Virus record (IMG/VR): IMGVR_UViG_3300036861_000507
Location: 29,969 to 93,968 of that record
Strand: one strand, 5' to 3'
DNA length: 64,000 nucleotides
From: a virus
The position numbers and the translations under genes were made by a program. This document shows positions 56,001 through 64,000 of the stretch, one piece after another. A model generated the notes under the pieces. It saw nothing but the letters and a program-made list of their open reading frames with translations, had not been told where the DNA came from and did not search any database. Position 1 is the stretch's first letter. Each line of letters begins with the position of its first letter.

Positions 56001-59000
56001 TGACCGCCTCGAAGAACTTGGCGATGCGCTCCAGCAATCTGTCGATGGCGGTGCCGTAGGAGGCCTTGCCGGCCACGAAGTCCTCGACCATGTGGGAGAC
56101 CATCTCCTGGTCGAGCATCTCCTTCAGGATCGCCTCTTTGACGGAGGCCGAGGCATCCGGATAGTGCTCCTCCACCGATTGCCGGTAGGTATCGCGGTAG
56201 AACTCGCGCCGGCCTTCCCGCCCCCCGAGCTTCTCGCCCTGCCCCAGCTTCTGGGCGCGGTCGGTCAGTAGCTTCCACTCCGGGTCGGACCACAGCCCCA
56301 TGCCCCGAAGCACATGGGCGGCCTCGTGCGCGCCGGTGCTCAGGGCTTCCGCGAACGTCCGGTCCCCCAGCGCGATGTTGATGATCCACGGGTCGGTATG
56401 GGCCCGACGCGGGCTGACCGAGCCCACCATCTCCGCGCCCGAGGCATGGAACAGCCGGTCCGCCATGCGGATGGCGACATCCTCGGGCAGCATCCTGCGC
56501 AGTTGCGCTTCGAGCGCCGGGGCGAACTCGGGCAGGGCTTGCTTGAAGACGTCGGCGTAAGGGTGGTCGGCGAAGGCGGCTAGGCCTTGCGGGCCGCCGC
56601 CTGGTCCTTCGCCTTCTTCTTTAGCGCTTCCACCTCGGTTGGTGTCAGCTTCGGTCCGCTGCTCAGCGCCTGATCGATCCAGCCCTCGTTGCGCTCCTCC
56701 CACTCCTCCAGCGAGCCGGGTGCGAACTTGCTCTTCGACGGCGTCGGCGAGGCCTGCAAAAGCTGCAGTTGCCTCGCGGACAACCCAGTGTTCTTCGTCG
56801 TCAGTCGGGGATACGCGCGCGTGCTCATAGACGGCCTCCTCGGAGACGGCGTTAGCATAGGCCTCGCTCGGGTTCAAGTCGTCGAAACGGTCCAAGGGCA
56901 CCGCCCGTCCGCTGCGGCGCCACCTGTCCACAGCCCGCTCCATGGCGATGGCTTTGGGCGTGTCGATGAAGATCAGGGTGGGCGCGTAGCCCTTCGACCA
57001 GAGCCACGCGGCGCGATCGGCGACCTTGGGCCATGATCCCAGCGTCTCGACGACAACGTTGTCGCCCGTGGCGATCAACTGGTCCGTCGTCAGCTTGGCA
57101 AGCTTGCTGCTCTCCTCGTGCACGCCCTCGCCGTTCTTGCCCCCATCGTATTCGGGGATGATGTCCTTGGGGATGTCCGACACCATGTGCGCGGCGCGGA
57201 ACTGTACCGACAGTGCGCGCGCGATGGTGCTTTTGCCGGCGCCGGGGTATCCGATGATGAGGTAGGCTTGCTTCTCGCGGGCGACGCCGCCAGGAACCTT
57301 CTGCTCGGCCTGGTCGGCAAGGTACCGCACCGCGTCGGCAACGCCCTTGATCTCCCTGCCATCCGCGGCCGCGTAGCGGCGCTCCCTGATCCACGTTGGG
57401 TCGCGCATGTAGCCGGGCTGGTTGTAGGTATAGAGCGAGGGGTCGGCCGGCTTCTCACCGGCGGCCTTCCACGCCGGACTCTCCATCACCCCCCGTGCCG
57501 CGGCTTCCCGTTCCTCCAGAGACCTCTGGGACCGTGGGCTGGCGAAGCTAAAAAGCGGTTGGCCTTCACCATAGCGCTCTATGAACGATTGGCGCACCCA
57601 TCGCTGTTCATCAGGCGGCAGTTCTGAATACGGTTTTCCGAACAGCTTCTGCGCGTGGGCTTCAAAAAGCTGCGGACCTTCAACGCCTGCGTTGGCTTTG
57701 ATTTCCTCTCCCAGCTTCCTGATGGCATCGTCAGCAAGCTCGTAGAGGCGAACTCGTTTTGCTATATCCTTGCCCTTCGCGATGAGACGGACATGCCCTT
57801 TCAGGGCGTGGTACGCGAGGATGGCGGAAGCAGCAGCGATGGCGCCGCCCGGAGCGGAACCCTGAGTTGCGGCGTAGAGACCGCCAGCACCGCCCGTTAT
57901 GCCAAGAGCACCTTCAATGTCGAGATCGCCCATGCCATGGTTGCGGCGCGCGCGGATTTCTAGTCTTAGATGATCCAAGGCAGCCTTGCCCCACAGACGT
58001 ATCTCATCCGCAAATGATGGCGGGGTCTCAGCGAGCGTCTTCTTCACAAAGTCGCGAATGATGCCTGTCGCTAGCCCCTCGTCACCTACCCTATAGGCGT
58101 CCTCTGCGGTCGAGCGAATTGCATTGGGCGCATTGGAAACTGCGCGCTTGAAGCCAGCGAAGCTAAAAAGCGGCATCCCCTGGGACAGCACGGAGGCCTT
58201 GACCTTGTCGGTCAGGGGGAAGGTGTGGAAGAGGATGGGCGGCGTTCCCTTGCGCTCTGGGCCAACCGAGCCGGGGCCGCCCGCTGTTTCCCAGCCGGTG
58301 ACCTTCTCGCGGTCGCTCGTGAAGACGCGACCGTCCATCGAAGACTTGAGCGGTTTCTCCTCCCCCTTGACGGACGGGTCCATCTTGGAGAGCAGCTTGG
58401 AGAGCATGCGGGGGTACATCTGGTCGTAGGCGTAGAGCATCCCGTGGCCGCCGATTTGCACTTGGCCAAGGTCGCTAAGCGTGTGCCACTCGCCCTGGCT
58501 TGCCTTGTCGTAAGCCGGTGTTTTGGCGAGCAACGCCTCCGTCATCTCTTTGCCGATGACGCTCGGCAAATCGCCCGGCTTGAACTCACGGCGCCCGCTG
58601 TTGTCCGTGAAGGTCTGCCATTGATTGCGGAATCTGTCGGTGGTGGGCGCGTACTCGAGGATACCCGTCTTGGGATTGTAACGCAGACCCGAGGCGACCT
58701 GGCTCAACTGCGGGTAGCGATCGACGCTGGTATTGCCGGGAGAGATGGCAATTGACTCCGCCCCCGCCTCTACGGCTTGCCGTATCAATCTACGGAAGGC
58801 AGTTGTCGTCCACTGGTCGGTGGTGTTGACGAGGGGATGGCCGGGGGTGGCGGCTGTTGCTGTGCGATGCTCAGCATCGAGTAGATTGAGGCTACGGCGT
58901 GCGTTGCCGAGCGCTTCGGCATCCTCTTTGCGGCCGCTTGCCCGCAATTGCTTTTCGAGTTGCTCGCCAGTCGTTGATCGGCCCATACCCCTAGCATTGG

Positions 59001-62000
59001 CGCCGTAGAGAGAGGTGGCGGCTTGATCCGCAAGGACGTTGTACTGATCGCGCGCCTCGTTCAGACGCGTCGCAAGCTCCGCAATCTTCGCCTCGTCCCG
59101 CGCTCCCCCATCCCTGAGCTTCTGAGCACCAGATGCTTGCAGTTCATCGACAAGGAACACGGGCTTGCCTGCCGCATCCTTCTGTAGCGACGTTCTTGAG
59201 TGGAAGAGGTAGCCGGGGATTTCAGAGTAGTGTCCCTCCTGGTAGCCGCCAATGCCGCCATCCCACTGACTGACGATGGCCCGCAAGCGATCAAGCTCAG
59301 ACTGCATGTCTGAGCGGTAGGGCTGCTCTTTCAGAGCTGCAAGCTGTGCGCGAGCATCGGATACGGTCTCTGGCTCACCAAGCGAGACGACCTGTTCGCG
59401 GTTTGTCGGGTTGCGTGGATCGACCGTCCAGTTCGTGTATTTAGCGTGGCGACGTGCGGGGCCGTTCGCGATCTGCGCCGCCCGCAGTCGCTCCATCAGA
59501 CCGCGCTGCTCATCGGATAGGTCAGGGGTGGGCGCGGTCTCGCCGTCCCGCACCTCTTCCATCATCGCGCGCGCTTCGCTTGGGCGCAGATGCGGATAGT
59601 CGTTGGCTAGGAATGCGAGATATTTCTGCTCAGCCGCCACAAGCGCCGTGAATTCGGGACCGCCGTAGACGCTCTCCCTCAGCTCCACCCTGTGCTCTTC
59701 CAGGAAGGAGACGATGTCGGACTTGGTGATGCTCTTCTTGCCCTCCAGGAACGTGTCCAGCTTGGTGGCGGCAAGCTCCGCCTCCTTGACGCCCGTGCCC
59801 TTGGTGAGCATCGAGCGCATCTGCTCCGGCGTGCCCTTCTCCTGCTTCAGGGCTTTGGCGGCTTCCAGGGCTTGGGAGTAGAAGCCGAGGGAGTCGAAGG
59901 CGCGGCGCTGATCCTGGCCCTGCTCCGCAAACGCGGCCATCTCCACGCTGTCGGCATATTTGGCAAGATCATCGTGGCGCTTCTGGATCGAAGCGAGCGC
60001 CGCTTCCTTGGTGGTCTTCGCGGTGGGCCGCCGGCCGACCAGATGGGCAAGCTCCAGCACCTCGGCCTTGCTCAGCCGACCCGCGCGTCCGGTCTGCGCC
60101 CGTCCCGAGGCGGCCTCGGTCAGTGCCGCCATCTCCCGCTCGAATGCGGGAGTGCCGCGTGCCGTCTCGATGGTTTCCGCCCAGTTGCGGACCGTTTCGG
60201 AGACGGGCTTGCCGGTCTCGGCCTCCCTGATCCGCACCGCGCTGGCGATGCGCACATCGGGCGGGATGGCCTGCGTCTCGGCGAGCGGCCGCGTCCGCGA
60301 TTCGCGCGGCGCGACGCGCACCAGCTTGGTGCGACGCACGTTCGGCACGCTGGCCTTGAGATGGGCGTCGGCCTCCGGTGACAGGACCGGAGTGGGAGCA
60401 CCTTCGCCCATGGCGCGCGTGTAGGTGTTGAGCTCGCTCGCCACTTCAGGCGATGGCGCGGTGCGGATGGCCTTGACGAGGTCGGGTGCCCCGTACCTCT
60501 GCAGCAACCCGGCCTCGACCGCCTCGTCGACCAGGGTGCCGAGCTTGGCCTCGTCGACATTGAGCATGCGGGCCCAGGACGATTTCGGCGACTTGCCCGC
60601 CAGCAGGGACCGGAACCTCTGTCTTAGGGCGCGCTCGTGCTCGCGCTCGGCGGGGCCTGGCTGCCGCGCTTGCTGAGCAGCACGTTGAGATGGGCCTGGC
60701 GGTTGAGCGCGGCCGCCCGCTCCGGGTCGGGCTCTTGTTGCGCCCACTCCTGCAGCTGCTGGGCCATTTGCCCGTGCACCTCCGGGGACGCCAGCGGCTT
60801 GACCGGCTGGCGCGGCTGCGGTGCGGCCGCCTGGCTGGGTTCCGGACTCGCCTCGCCCTTCACCGGCTCCGGTTGGGGTTTCGGCTTGGGCTTCCTCGCG
60901 GCCGGCCCTTTCCGCTTCGAACCTTTCGACGGCATAGCGCTCCAGCGCCTCCTCTGCGGCGAGCCCCTGGGCCATGTGGAAGGCGACGGATCGGACGTCC
61001 TCGTCGCCCAGGTCCCAGGCCACGCCCTGCTCGTTATACACGGCCTCGATGTCGGCGCCATAGCCGGCGAGGTTCTGGTCCACGTCGCGCTCGAGAGCGG
61101 AGCGCTGTTCATCCGTGAGCGGCTTGGCGATGCTGGCCAGTTGCGTGGCCAGCTCGCGCTGCCAGGCCGGAGCCGCCTTGGTCAGCTCCGCCGCCGGGAC
61201 GCCGGTGTTGGACCCCTCGACGGTGGCCCACCGTCCGTCGGGCGAAAGCCACGTGACCTTGCGCGGCTCGGTGAATTGGTCGGTTCCGCCCGAGGTCCAC
61301 TGCACCTCGTCGCCGACGGCCACCGATGGCGGGGCCGCCTCTTGACCGGCAACGCGATCAACGGCCTCGGCCCCGCCGACGGGCTTGATGTCGCCCAGAC
61401 CGCGGCCGAGCACCGGCTTGCGCACCATGGCGGCCATGCGCATGCCGTCCGGCTCTTGGTCGGCCGCCGCAGTCGCTGCCGGAACGATGACCGCACCAGC
61501 CGTTCCCGCAGGCTGGCCCTCTCCTGAACCGGCTTTCTCTTTCCCTTCCGCAGCCTGATGCACCGCCTCGGTGCCGGGGAAGAATTCCGGCTGCGCGAAG
61601 GCTGGGGCCTGCTGTTGCGCGGGCGCGGTTTCCGTTGGCGCCGCGCCCGGCTCTACATCGGACCGAACGCCTCCCGCGCGCACCTTGGCCTCGCGCACCG
61701 GCGTCGCGGCAGGCGCCCCTTCGGCTTCCTGCCCGCGCATCTTGCGGTAGACGTCGGCAATCGCCTGGCTCTTGGCGCCCAGCAGTCCGCCGATCAGCGC
61801 GCCATCCCAGGCGCTATCGTCCCACCGGCGCTTGTCGTCGTAGAAGTGGCGGGCCGTGACGTTCTCGGCCACCGACTGGGCGAACTCCTGCCCGCCTTCC
61901 TCGTAGGCCTGGGCGAAGATGCGCTTGATCCATGCGCCCTTCTGACCGTGGAACAGGTGGGCGATCGGCGCCGCTTCCGTGGCGCCGATCGGCAGGGCGA

Positions 62001-63282
62001 GCAGGGTGGCGGCAAAGATGTCGTCCTCGTCGACAGCCACGCCATCGACGGTCTTGCCGGCCTTGAAGGCCTTCAGCGCATCGTCGCCCATGGCGCCGGC
62101 CTGGCTCATGGCACCGGCGCCGCCAGCGGTCACCCCGACATTGACATAGGGGTTGGCGATCAGATTGGGGATCAGGCTCAGGCCGGCCCGCTGCATCCCG
62201 AAGCGCGCGACATTGAGCGCTGCCGCCGGCCCCATAAAGCCGATCATGGAGCCCAGGCCCTCGCCGAACTGCGCCTTGAACTCGTTGGCCCTGGCCTCAT
62301 CCTTGGGGAAGGCGGCATCGGCCCAGTCCGACACGTCCTTGCCGACCTTGTAGAGCGCGCGCTCCTGCACTGTGCCCATCGGTGTGGTGTCGAGCTTTAC
62401 CGGGCTTTGGTCATCGGGGGCGTAGAAGTCGTAGCCCTTGATGCTCTCCACCGCGGCGCCAGCGTAGGCGACGCCCTTCAGCACGTTGGCCACCACGCCG
62501 TCGACGATGCCGTGGCCGGTGGTGTCGGCGATCAGGCGGCCTGTACCAGTCCTGGGCCCTTCCTTGAGGCCCATCTCCATCAGGTCGGCGGCCTCGCGGC
62601 GCTGGCGATGGAAGGCGATCTGCTCGTTGACCTTGCGCTGCAGCCAGGTCGACTCGCCAGCCGGCTGGCGTCCTTCCGCCTCCAGATTCCGGGCCGACGG
62701 GTCGGCAAGGTTGTCCTTGGCCCACGTCCACCAGCCCGCGGCCTTGGTGGTGTAGTCCTTCTCGCCCTTGATCCAGTCGGCGCGGCCTTTGTCGTCGAGG
62801 TTGTCCCAATCGCCAAACAGGGCGCGCGAGGACGTGCGCTGGGCACCCTCCTCCTCCAGCTGCCGCTCCACGGCCTGGCGGTTGCCGAGGTCGTCGAAGA
62901 CGCCGCGGTCCTGCAGTTCCTTGGCCAGCGGGCTGGTCCCGACTTCCTCCTGCTGCGCAGGCTCGCGCGCGCGCCGCTCCCACGGCGGGGTCTCGTCCTC
63001 AGGCTCTGCCGTCTTGGCCGCAATCCTCGTGAACCCCGCATCGCCCTCATCGAGGTCTTCGATCAGTTCCGGCGCATAGACCGGCATGCGCCTGTCGATG
63101 TCGGGCTCGGGTGCAGGGCGCATGATGCCCTTGTCGTCGCCGCCAGCCGTGTTGAGCAGCGTCTCCTCGTAGCTCTGGGTAGGCAGGTACGCTCTGCCGC
63201 TCAGATCTTCGGGATCGTCCGGGTTGTCGAGCACCGTGCGGTCCGGCCACCACGGCTTGGCTGCTTTCGGGAGGGTTGCCAT
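50062..63282 (-). CDS. Giant (4406 aa) polyvalent virion/ejection protein
   Basis: Zeta-toxin-like P-loop (GYPGAGKS), two ART-like domains (HGT..F/Y..E.VVFDP.NIRS), two HExxH motifs, glycine zippers, LPD38-like C-terminal region. Confidence 0.85.
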   Translation of the reverse strand: MATLPKAAKPWWPDRTVLDNPDDPEDLSGRAYLPTQSYEETLLNTAGGDDKGIMRPAPEPDIDRRMPVYAPELIEDLDEGDAGFTRIAAKTAEPEDETPPWERRAREPAQQEEVGTSPLAKELQDRGVFDDLGNRQAVERQLEEEGAQRTSSRALFGDWDNLDDKGRADWIKGEKDYTTKAAGWWTWAKDNLADPSARNLEAEGRQPAGESTWLQRKVNEQIAFHRQRREAADLMEMGLKEGPRTGTGRLIADTTGHGIVDGVVANVLKGVAYAGAAVESIKGYDFYAPDDQSPVKLDTTPMGTVQERALYKVGKDVSDWADAAFPKDEARANEFKAQFGEGLGSMIGFMGPAAALNVARFGMQRAGLSLIPNLIANPYVNVGVTAGGAGAMSQAGAMGDDALKAFKAGKTVDGVAVDEDDIFAATLLALPIGATEAAPIAHLFHGQKGAWIKRIFAQAYEEGGQEFAQSVAENVTARHFYDDKRRWDDSAWDGALIGGLLGAKSQAIADVYRKMRGQEAEGAPAATPVREAKVRAGGVRSDVEPGAAPTETAPAQQQAPAFAQPEFFPGTEAVHQAAEGKEKAGSGEGQPAGTAGAVIVPAATAAADQEPDGMRMAAMVRKPVLGRGLGDIKPVGGAEAVDRVAGQEAAPPSVAVGDEVQWTSGGTDQFTEPRKVTWLSPDGRWATVEGSNTGVPAAELTKAAPAWQRELATQLASIAKPLTDEQRSALERDVDQNLAGYGADIEAVYNEQGVAWDLGDEDVRSVAFHMAQGLAAEEALERYAVERFEAERAGREEAQAETPTGAGEGRGESGTQPGGRTAAAPAGQAAGVPGGARANGPAAAGVGATRARPGAGGRAQPPGPSQRAAQQARQPGPAEREHERALRQRFRSLLAGKSPKSSWARMLNVDEAKLGTLVDEAVEAGLLQRYGAPDLVKAIRTAPSPEVASELNTYTRAMGEGAPTPVLSPEADAHLKASVPNVRRTKLVRVAPRESRTRPLAETQAIPPDVRIASAVRIREAETGKPVSETVRNWAETIETARGTPAFEREMAALTEAASGRAQTGRAGRLSKAEVLELAHLVGRRPTAKTTKEAALASIQKRHDDLAKYADSVEMAAFAEQGQDQRRAFDSLGFYSQALEAAKALKQEKGTPEQMRSMLTKGTGVKEAELAATKLDTFLEGKKSITKSDIVSFLEEHRVELRESVYGGPEFTALVAAEQKYLAFLANDYPHLRPSEARAMMEEVRDGETAPTPDLSDEQRGLMERLRAAQIANGPARRHAKYTNWTVDPRNPTNREQVVSLGEPETVSDARAQLAALKEQPYRSDMQSELDRLRAIVSQWDGGIGGYQEGHYSEIPGYLFHSRTSLQKDAAGKPVFLVDELQASGAQKLRDGGARDEAKIAELATRLNEARDQYNVLADQAATSLYGANARGMGRSTTGEQLEKQLRASGRKEDAEALGNARRSLNLLDAEHRTATAATPGHPLVNTTDQWTTTAFRRLIRQAVEAGAESIAISPGNTSVDRYPQLSQVASGLRYNPKTGILEYAPTTDRFRNQWQTFTDNSGRREFKPGDLPSVIGKEMTEALLAKTPAYDKASQGEWHTLSDLGQVQIGGHGMLYAYDQMYPRMLSKLLSKMDPSVKGEEKPLKSSMDGRVFTSDREKVTGWETAGGPGSVGPERKGTPPILFHTFPLTDKVKASVLSQGMPLFSFAGFKRAVSNAPNAIRSTAEDAYRVGDEGLATGIIRDFVKKTLAETPPSFADEIRLWGKAALDHLRLEIRARRNHGMGDLDIEGALGITGGAGGLYAATQGSAPGGAIAAASAILAYHALKGHVRLIAKGKDIAKRVRLYELADDAIRKLGEEIKANAGVEGPQLFEAHAQKLFGKPYSELPPDEQRWVRQSFIERYGEGQPLFSFASPRSQRSLEEREAAARGVMESPAWKAAGEKPADPSLYTYNQPGYMRDPTWIRERRYAAADGREIKGVADAVRYLADQAEQKVPGGVAREKQAYLIIGYPGAGKSTIARALSVQFRAAHMVSDIPKDIIPEYDGGKNGEGVHEESSKLAKLTTDQLIATGDNVVVETLGSWPKVADRAAWLWSKGYAPTLIFIDTPKAIAMERAVDRWRRSGRAVPLDRFDDLNPSEAYANAVSEEAVYEHARVSPTDDEEHWVVREATAAFAGLADAVEEQVRTRLAGGVGGAQRGLDRSGAEQRTEADTNRGGSAKEEGEGPGGGPQGLAAFADHPYADVFKQALPEFAPALEAQLRRMLPEDVAIRMADRLFHASGAEMVGSVSPRRAHTDPWIINIALGDRTFAEALSTGAHEAAHVLRGMGLWSDPEWKLLTDRAQKLGQGEKLGGREGRREFYRDTYRQSVEEHYPDASASVKEAILKEMLDQEMVSHMVEDFVAGKASYGTAIDRLLERIAKFFEAVRNALNGLGFRTADAVLEQAFGENVRTPEGGERIEPTFGESPEMAAISQFPERGWASPIKVWEEAIARHFKIERGRRNPLVLMRMPEIKAFFDAATIAMAAVDPSVQNIANVLINTAASVGLSKNHVEDIINIHRKLVDAQKRGGERVGSGPEMAAFKPSPNLDMSPDARKARAEAMGFDTSRVWFHGTGRYFSAFDGSRSDRRHSLSAQGVFFSSHRETASGYANARAIQTGREGLGRVVPVYVRGRQAEILATTYNYPATVIKDLEKLKAEGFASVVLRGNRDAVPVDTDEQGRHVYPDELVVFDPANIRSVDATFDPAQEASSQLMAAFKSSPDLDMSPQARKARAEAMGFDASKVYYHGTPEQRRFDAFDLDRATESTGVNQYGRGIYLTSDSSLARSYKGGLLRGHVREVYVRLENPFMWNDQSAQQIRELQRAAREDDGAQLTEQLQASGHDGVIARYPDGSDEVVVFDPSNIRSVNASFDPASEGSSVLMAAFKASNDGNGNEGRLEPSFRRDEIGPGYDPRAQGLGASPRSLTAIIADLKRALQMPVTQGLGGITVRNPATGYSRRLSPQANVAGQYQTPGGVARIRLSTDIDAIAHEGGHHLEHVIGEPLRDLIATHAEELSPYAGQVASVTSEEDEGWLSEGFAEFFRDYVLAPEKAQVGAPGFYQAFNELLDAERPDILDGLDRVQLTTLSKDYQDYQKATAVERLVADVATLRPPTAWDKIKAFFKTDNQAEVVDQWLSSASFNLADMTNPSLKLKQALLRQLDASGARDAEGRPISLRITEDPHYHQRMLPQSFKVGHQLIVNGVTSYGDLEAKGPTLHGAMVEFLGGRARFDWTETKVATFQGYLEAQRAIVEWARNLQDPAITVQVIDYYRGSPEIAAIIAEGPREGGRRPYRKAFQEYWHAIEMIETTNPRARGASVMARDWQHRLLTLEWQAGLWSDEEYRNLSRHKNYYVPNQRDFSDVPAVLQGIQAAPAAQRSFQKAKPFVGSDRNIIGALETMAMRAYATAEAIQRNEVARAFAILSDRVPGAAKIVERIEVEETLPADERTFAKLTRYAVGMGMDPQDAAVLVREMEAHLSDAEVQLIYNPQHLGPKRGIIMPFWENGERKLIRFNDALNGARLLAAMNEIGRPMSDILTRVVAFPAEVLRAGVVMHPAYIMANIIGDMQNTLVLTGAPPVYTHLRGAWHELSSYPAFRTGLTKLGITPSDVAQMQDRVGLIAGGQITADIQHARGRRQGVDLTALRNKGYQVFDIRAMAGLGTAVAGGAVGAAVGAGAGAVLAVPGAVVGGVLGYRAAGLPGAAAGAVAGAATTGAIVGATLGVSVGAMMARMLFGQNSMAAFAKFSELSETFGRRGVAEWATKRAKAFDPSMSEIDAIREGVFTANDTLPFDRRGFQMGAVLRAVSFFNGNIQGVGKAHRQAWMIEGERGRAITIPAVQGGLLGAAGTMFAGAAMGMPAGPVGAALGAAAGAGVGWTLYGAADMEKLKVYLRYALTRRASAEQAMKETMSQRDQKAIRDGMRMWIWLSLIGVAGAALAMLYKDDPEYDDIRTTDDQTKYNHWVFKAGDTWYRLKRFEFGYPAIATEAAFDLLAKGDPRVWEKLRDGFLASHTPPVIPQALNLQAALRTGVDPRTGRPIVPDYASGLSAVRQRGPYTSAFANEWATALHVVGIEVSPYKIDYALQTELAYWGREIKTDTDYFTGKDNRAPKLTDYPIVGTMVNRFTLDPSRRSESVREYWRLAGKGQGPYAAAAKDYDDVLKSGSEDSVKAFLAGLKPEERVYAVLDKHFKPTEKEAHPLNRARAIFTIDQAMKREMAMDRLVNTQPGQKGETIPLSPQKRVELDDILGRLSAIEVWNALHDIGRPGWEKREIRNPQPVLDELKGSSEPVFDELMQRRRKAKVGDYADDQEKWLEVKDRVEQLIQDEDMLGMKWEKTVKKRRSPTPNLSKTPNFRQPVPDERLPSMR
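56580..56828 (-). CDS. Nested same-strand ORF after zeta-like domain
   Basis: GAGGAGG 6 nt before ATG; 82-aa protein-like product. Confidence 0.55.
   Translation of the reverse strand: MSTRAYPRLTTKNTGLSARQLQLLQASPTPSKSKFAPGSLEEWEERNEGWIDQALSSGPKLTPTEVEALKKKAKDQAAARKA
60624..60935 (-). CDS. Nested same-strand ORF in giant-gene linker
   Basis: GGAG upstream; helical MAQQLQEWAQQEPDPERAAALNRQAHL. Confidence 0.45.
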   Translation of the reverse strand: MPSKGSKRKGPAARKPKPKPQPEPVKGEASPEPSQAAAPQPRQPVKPLASPEVHGQMAQQLQEWAQQEPDPERAAALNRQAHLNVLLSKRGSQAPPSASTSAP

Positions 63283-64000
63283 CAGGGCTGCTGCCTCTTG
63301 GCGAGTTCACGCGCATAGGCGCCGCGGCCGAACTGCCGGTCGAAGTTCTCTTGTCGGCTGGGCTTGGCCAGCGCCCAGGCGATGTCGTCCTCGCTCGGGG
63401 TCTGGCGCGCCTGCCGGGCAGCGTAGTTCGTGATGCCGGTGAGAGTGTCCGTAGGCGTGGCGATGGCGGGACGCTCGGGCGCCCCAACTCCGGTCGCCGG
63501 GAACTGGCCCTGGCCCTCGAACAGCCGCCCGACCCGGTCAATCTCCTCGAGGTTGCGCGCGCTCTCCAGACCCTGGCGCACATCGCGCAGGTCAGCGGGG
63601 CTGAAGGCATTCATACCTTTGCCGCTGGCGTAGGTGGCAATGACCTTGGCCATCACCCGGTCGGCGTCTTTGACGTCGGCCTCCTTGGCGAGATGGAAAC
63701 CGATGGCATCCTCGAACGCCCGGCGCCCGTACTTTGGGCCGTAGGTGGCATAGAAGCGGTCGGCCGCCGCCTTGACGCCGTCCATGTAGGTCTTGCTCTC
63801 GATGTCCTTGTAGACACCCTTGGGCATCTGCAGCACCGCATCGGCCTCTTCCCGCGAGATCAGCTTGGGATTGGCGATGCCGAGCCGGGTCTGGGCCTCG
63901 AGGCGCGCCTCGAGCAGCATCTCGCGCGCCGTGATCGGATCGGTTCTGAGCGTGGTGAACAGCTTGCCGTTGATGCCAGCCGGGGTGCGTTGGCTCTCCT
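63282..64000 (-). CDS. Virion protein, 3' part (runs in from right edge)
   Basis: TGATG coupling to giant gene; C-terminal FDRQFGRGAYAREL. Confidence 0.7.
   Translation of the reverse strand, partial: ESQRTPAGINGKLFTTLRTDPITAREMLLEARLEAQTRLGIANPKLISREEADAVLQMPKGVYKDIESKTYMDGVKAAADRFYATYGPKYGRRAFEDAIGFHLAKEADVKDADRVMAKVIATYASGKGMNAFSPADLRDVRQGLESARNLEEIDRVGRLFEGQGQFPATGVGAPERPAIATPTDTLTGITNYAARQARQTPSEDDIAWALAKPSRQENFDRQFGRGAYARELAKRQQP

Larger units (their letters stand above)
1..64000. mobile_element. Temperate tailed phage genome (partial), alphaproteobacterial host, likely excised/circular form
   Basis: terS, integrase, CI/Cro, replication, lysis and virion genes fill the window; no host housekeeping genes; att core flanked by phage genes on both sides. 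Confidence 0.93.

Overview
The window is most of a GC-rich temperate phage of an alphaproteobacterial host (GcrA homologue, Omp25/RopB-type porin, tRNA-Thr attP), probably in excised/circular form because phage genes lie on both sides of the att core. Order: start of the late operon (HiPIP-like gene, terminase small subunit, virion genes running off the left end); attP-int-xis; leftward early operon (overlapping two-frame C5 methyltransferase, Gp37/68, H-NS-like, YqaJ, ERF, TnpB-only insertion); CI/Cro switch with shared operators; rightward operon (GcrA, HNH-AP2, DUF1376 initiator with iterons, DUF559, adenine MTase, porin, HslV-like); a serine-recombinase-centred block of small genes; lysis cassette; accessory block; 4406-aa polyvalent virion protein. 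The most striking feature is at 43526-46320: an RHH-led operon with a nuclease-less IS110/Nop-type protein (TasA-like) and eight stem-loop units of the form GGCCA-N9-TGCC-loop-GGCCA-N9-TGCC, i.e. a TIGR-Tas-like dual-spacer RNA-guided system. Three units sit in frame inside an upstream protein gene, one in the effector's own 3' end, and four after a cargo gene. Other highlights: candidate nested genes and repeated junction motifs in the giant protein, a toxin-binding-domain-only HigA mimic, a homing endonuclease with a recoded copy of its target, and a double T-loop ncRNA candidate. All family assignments are from motif recognition by eye; no database search was run.
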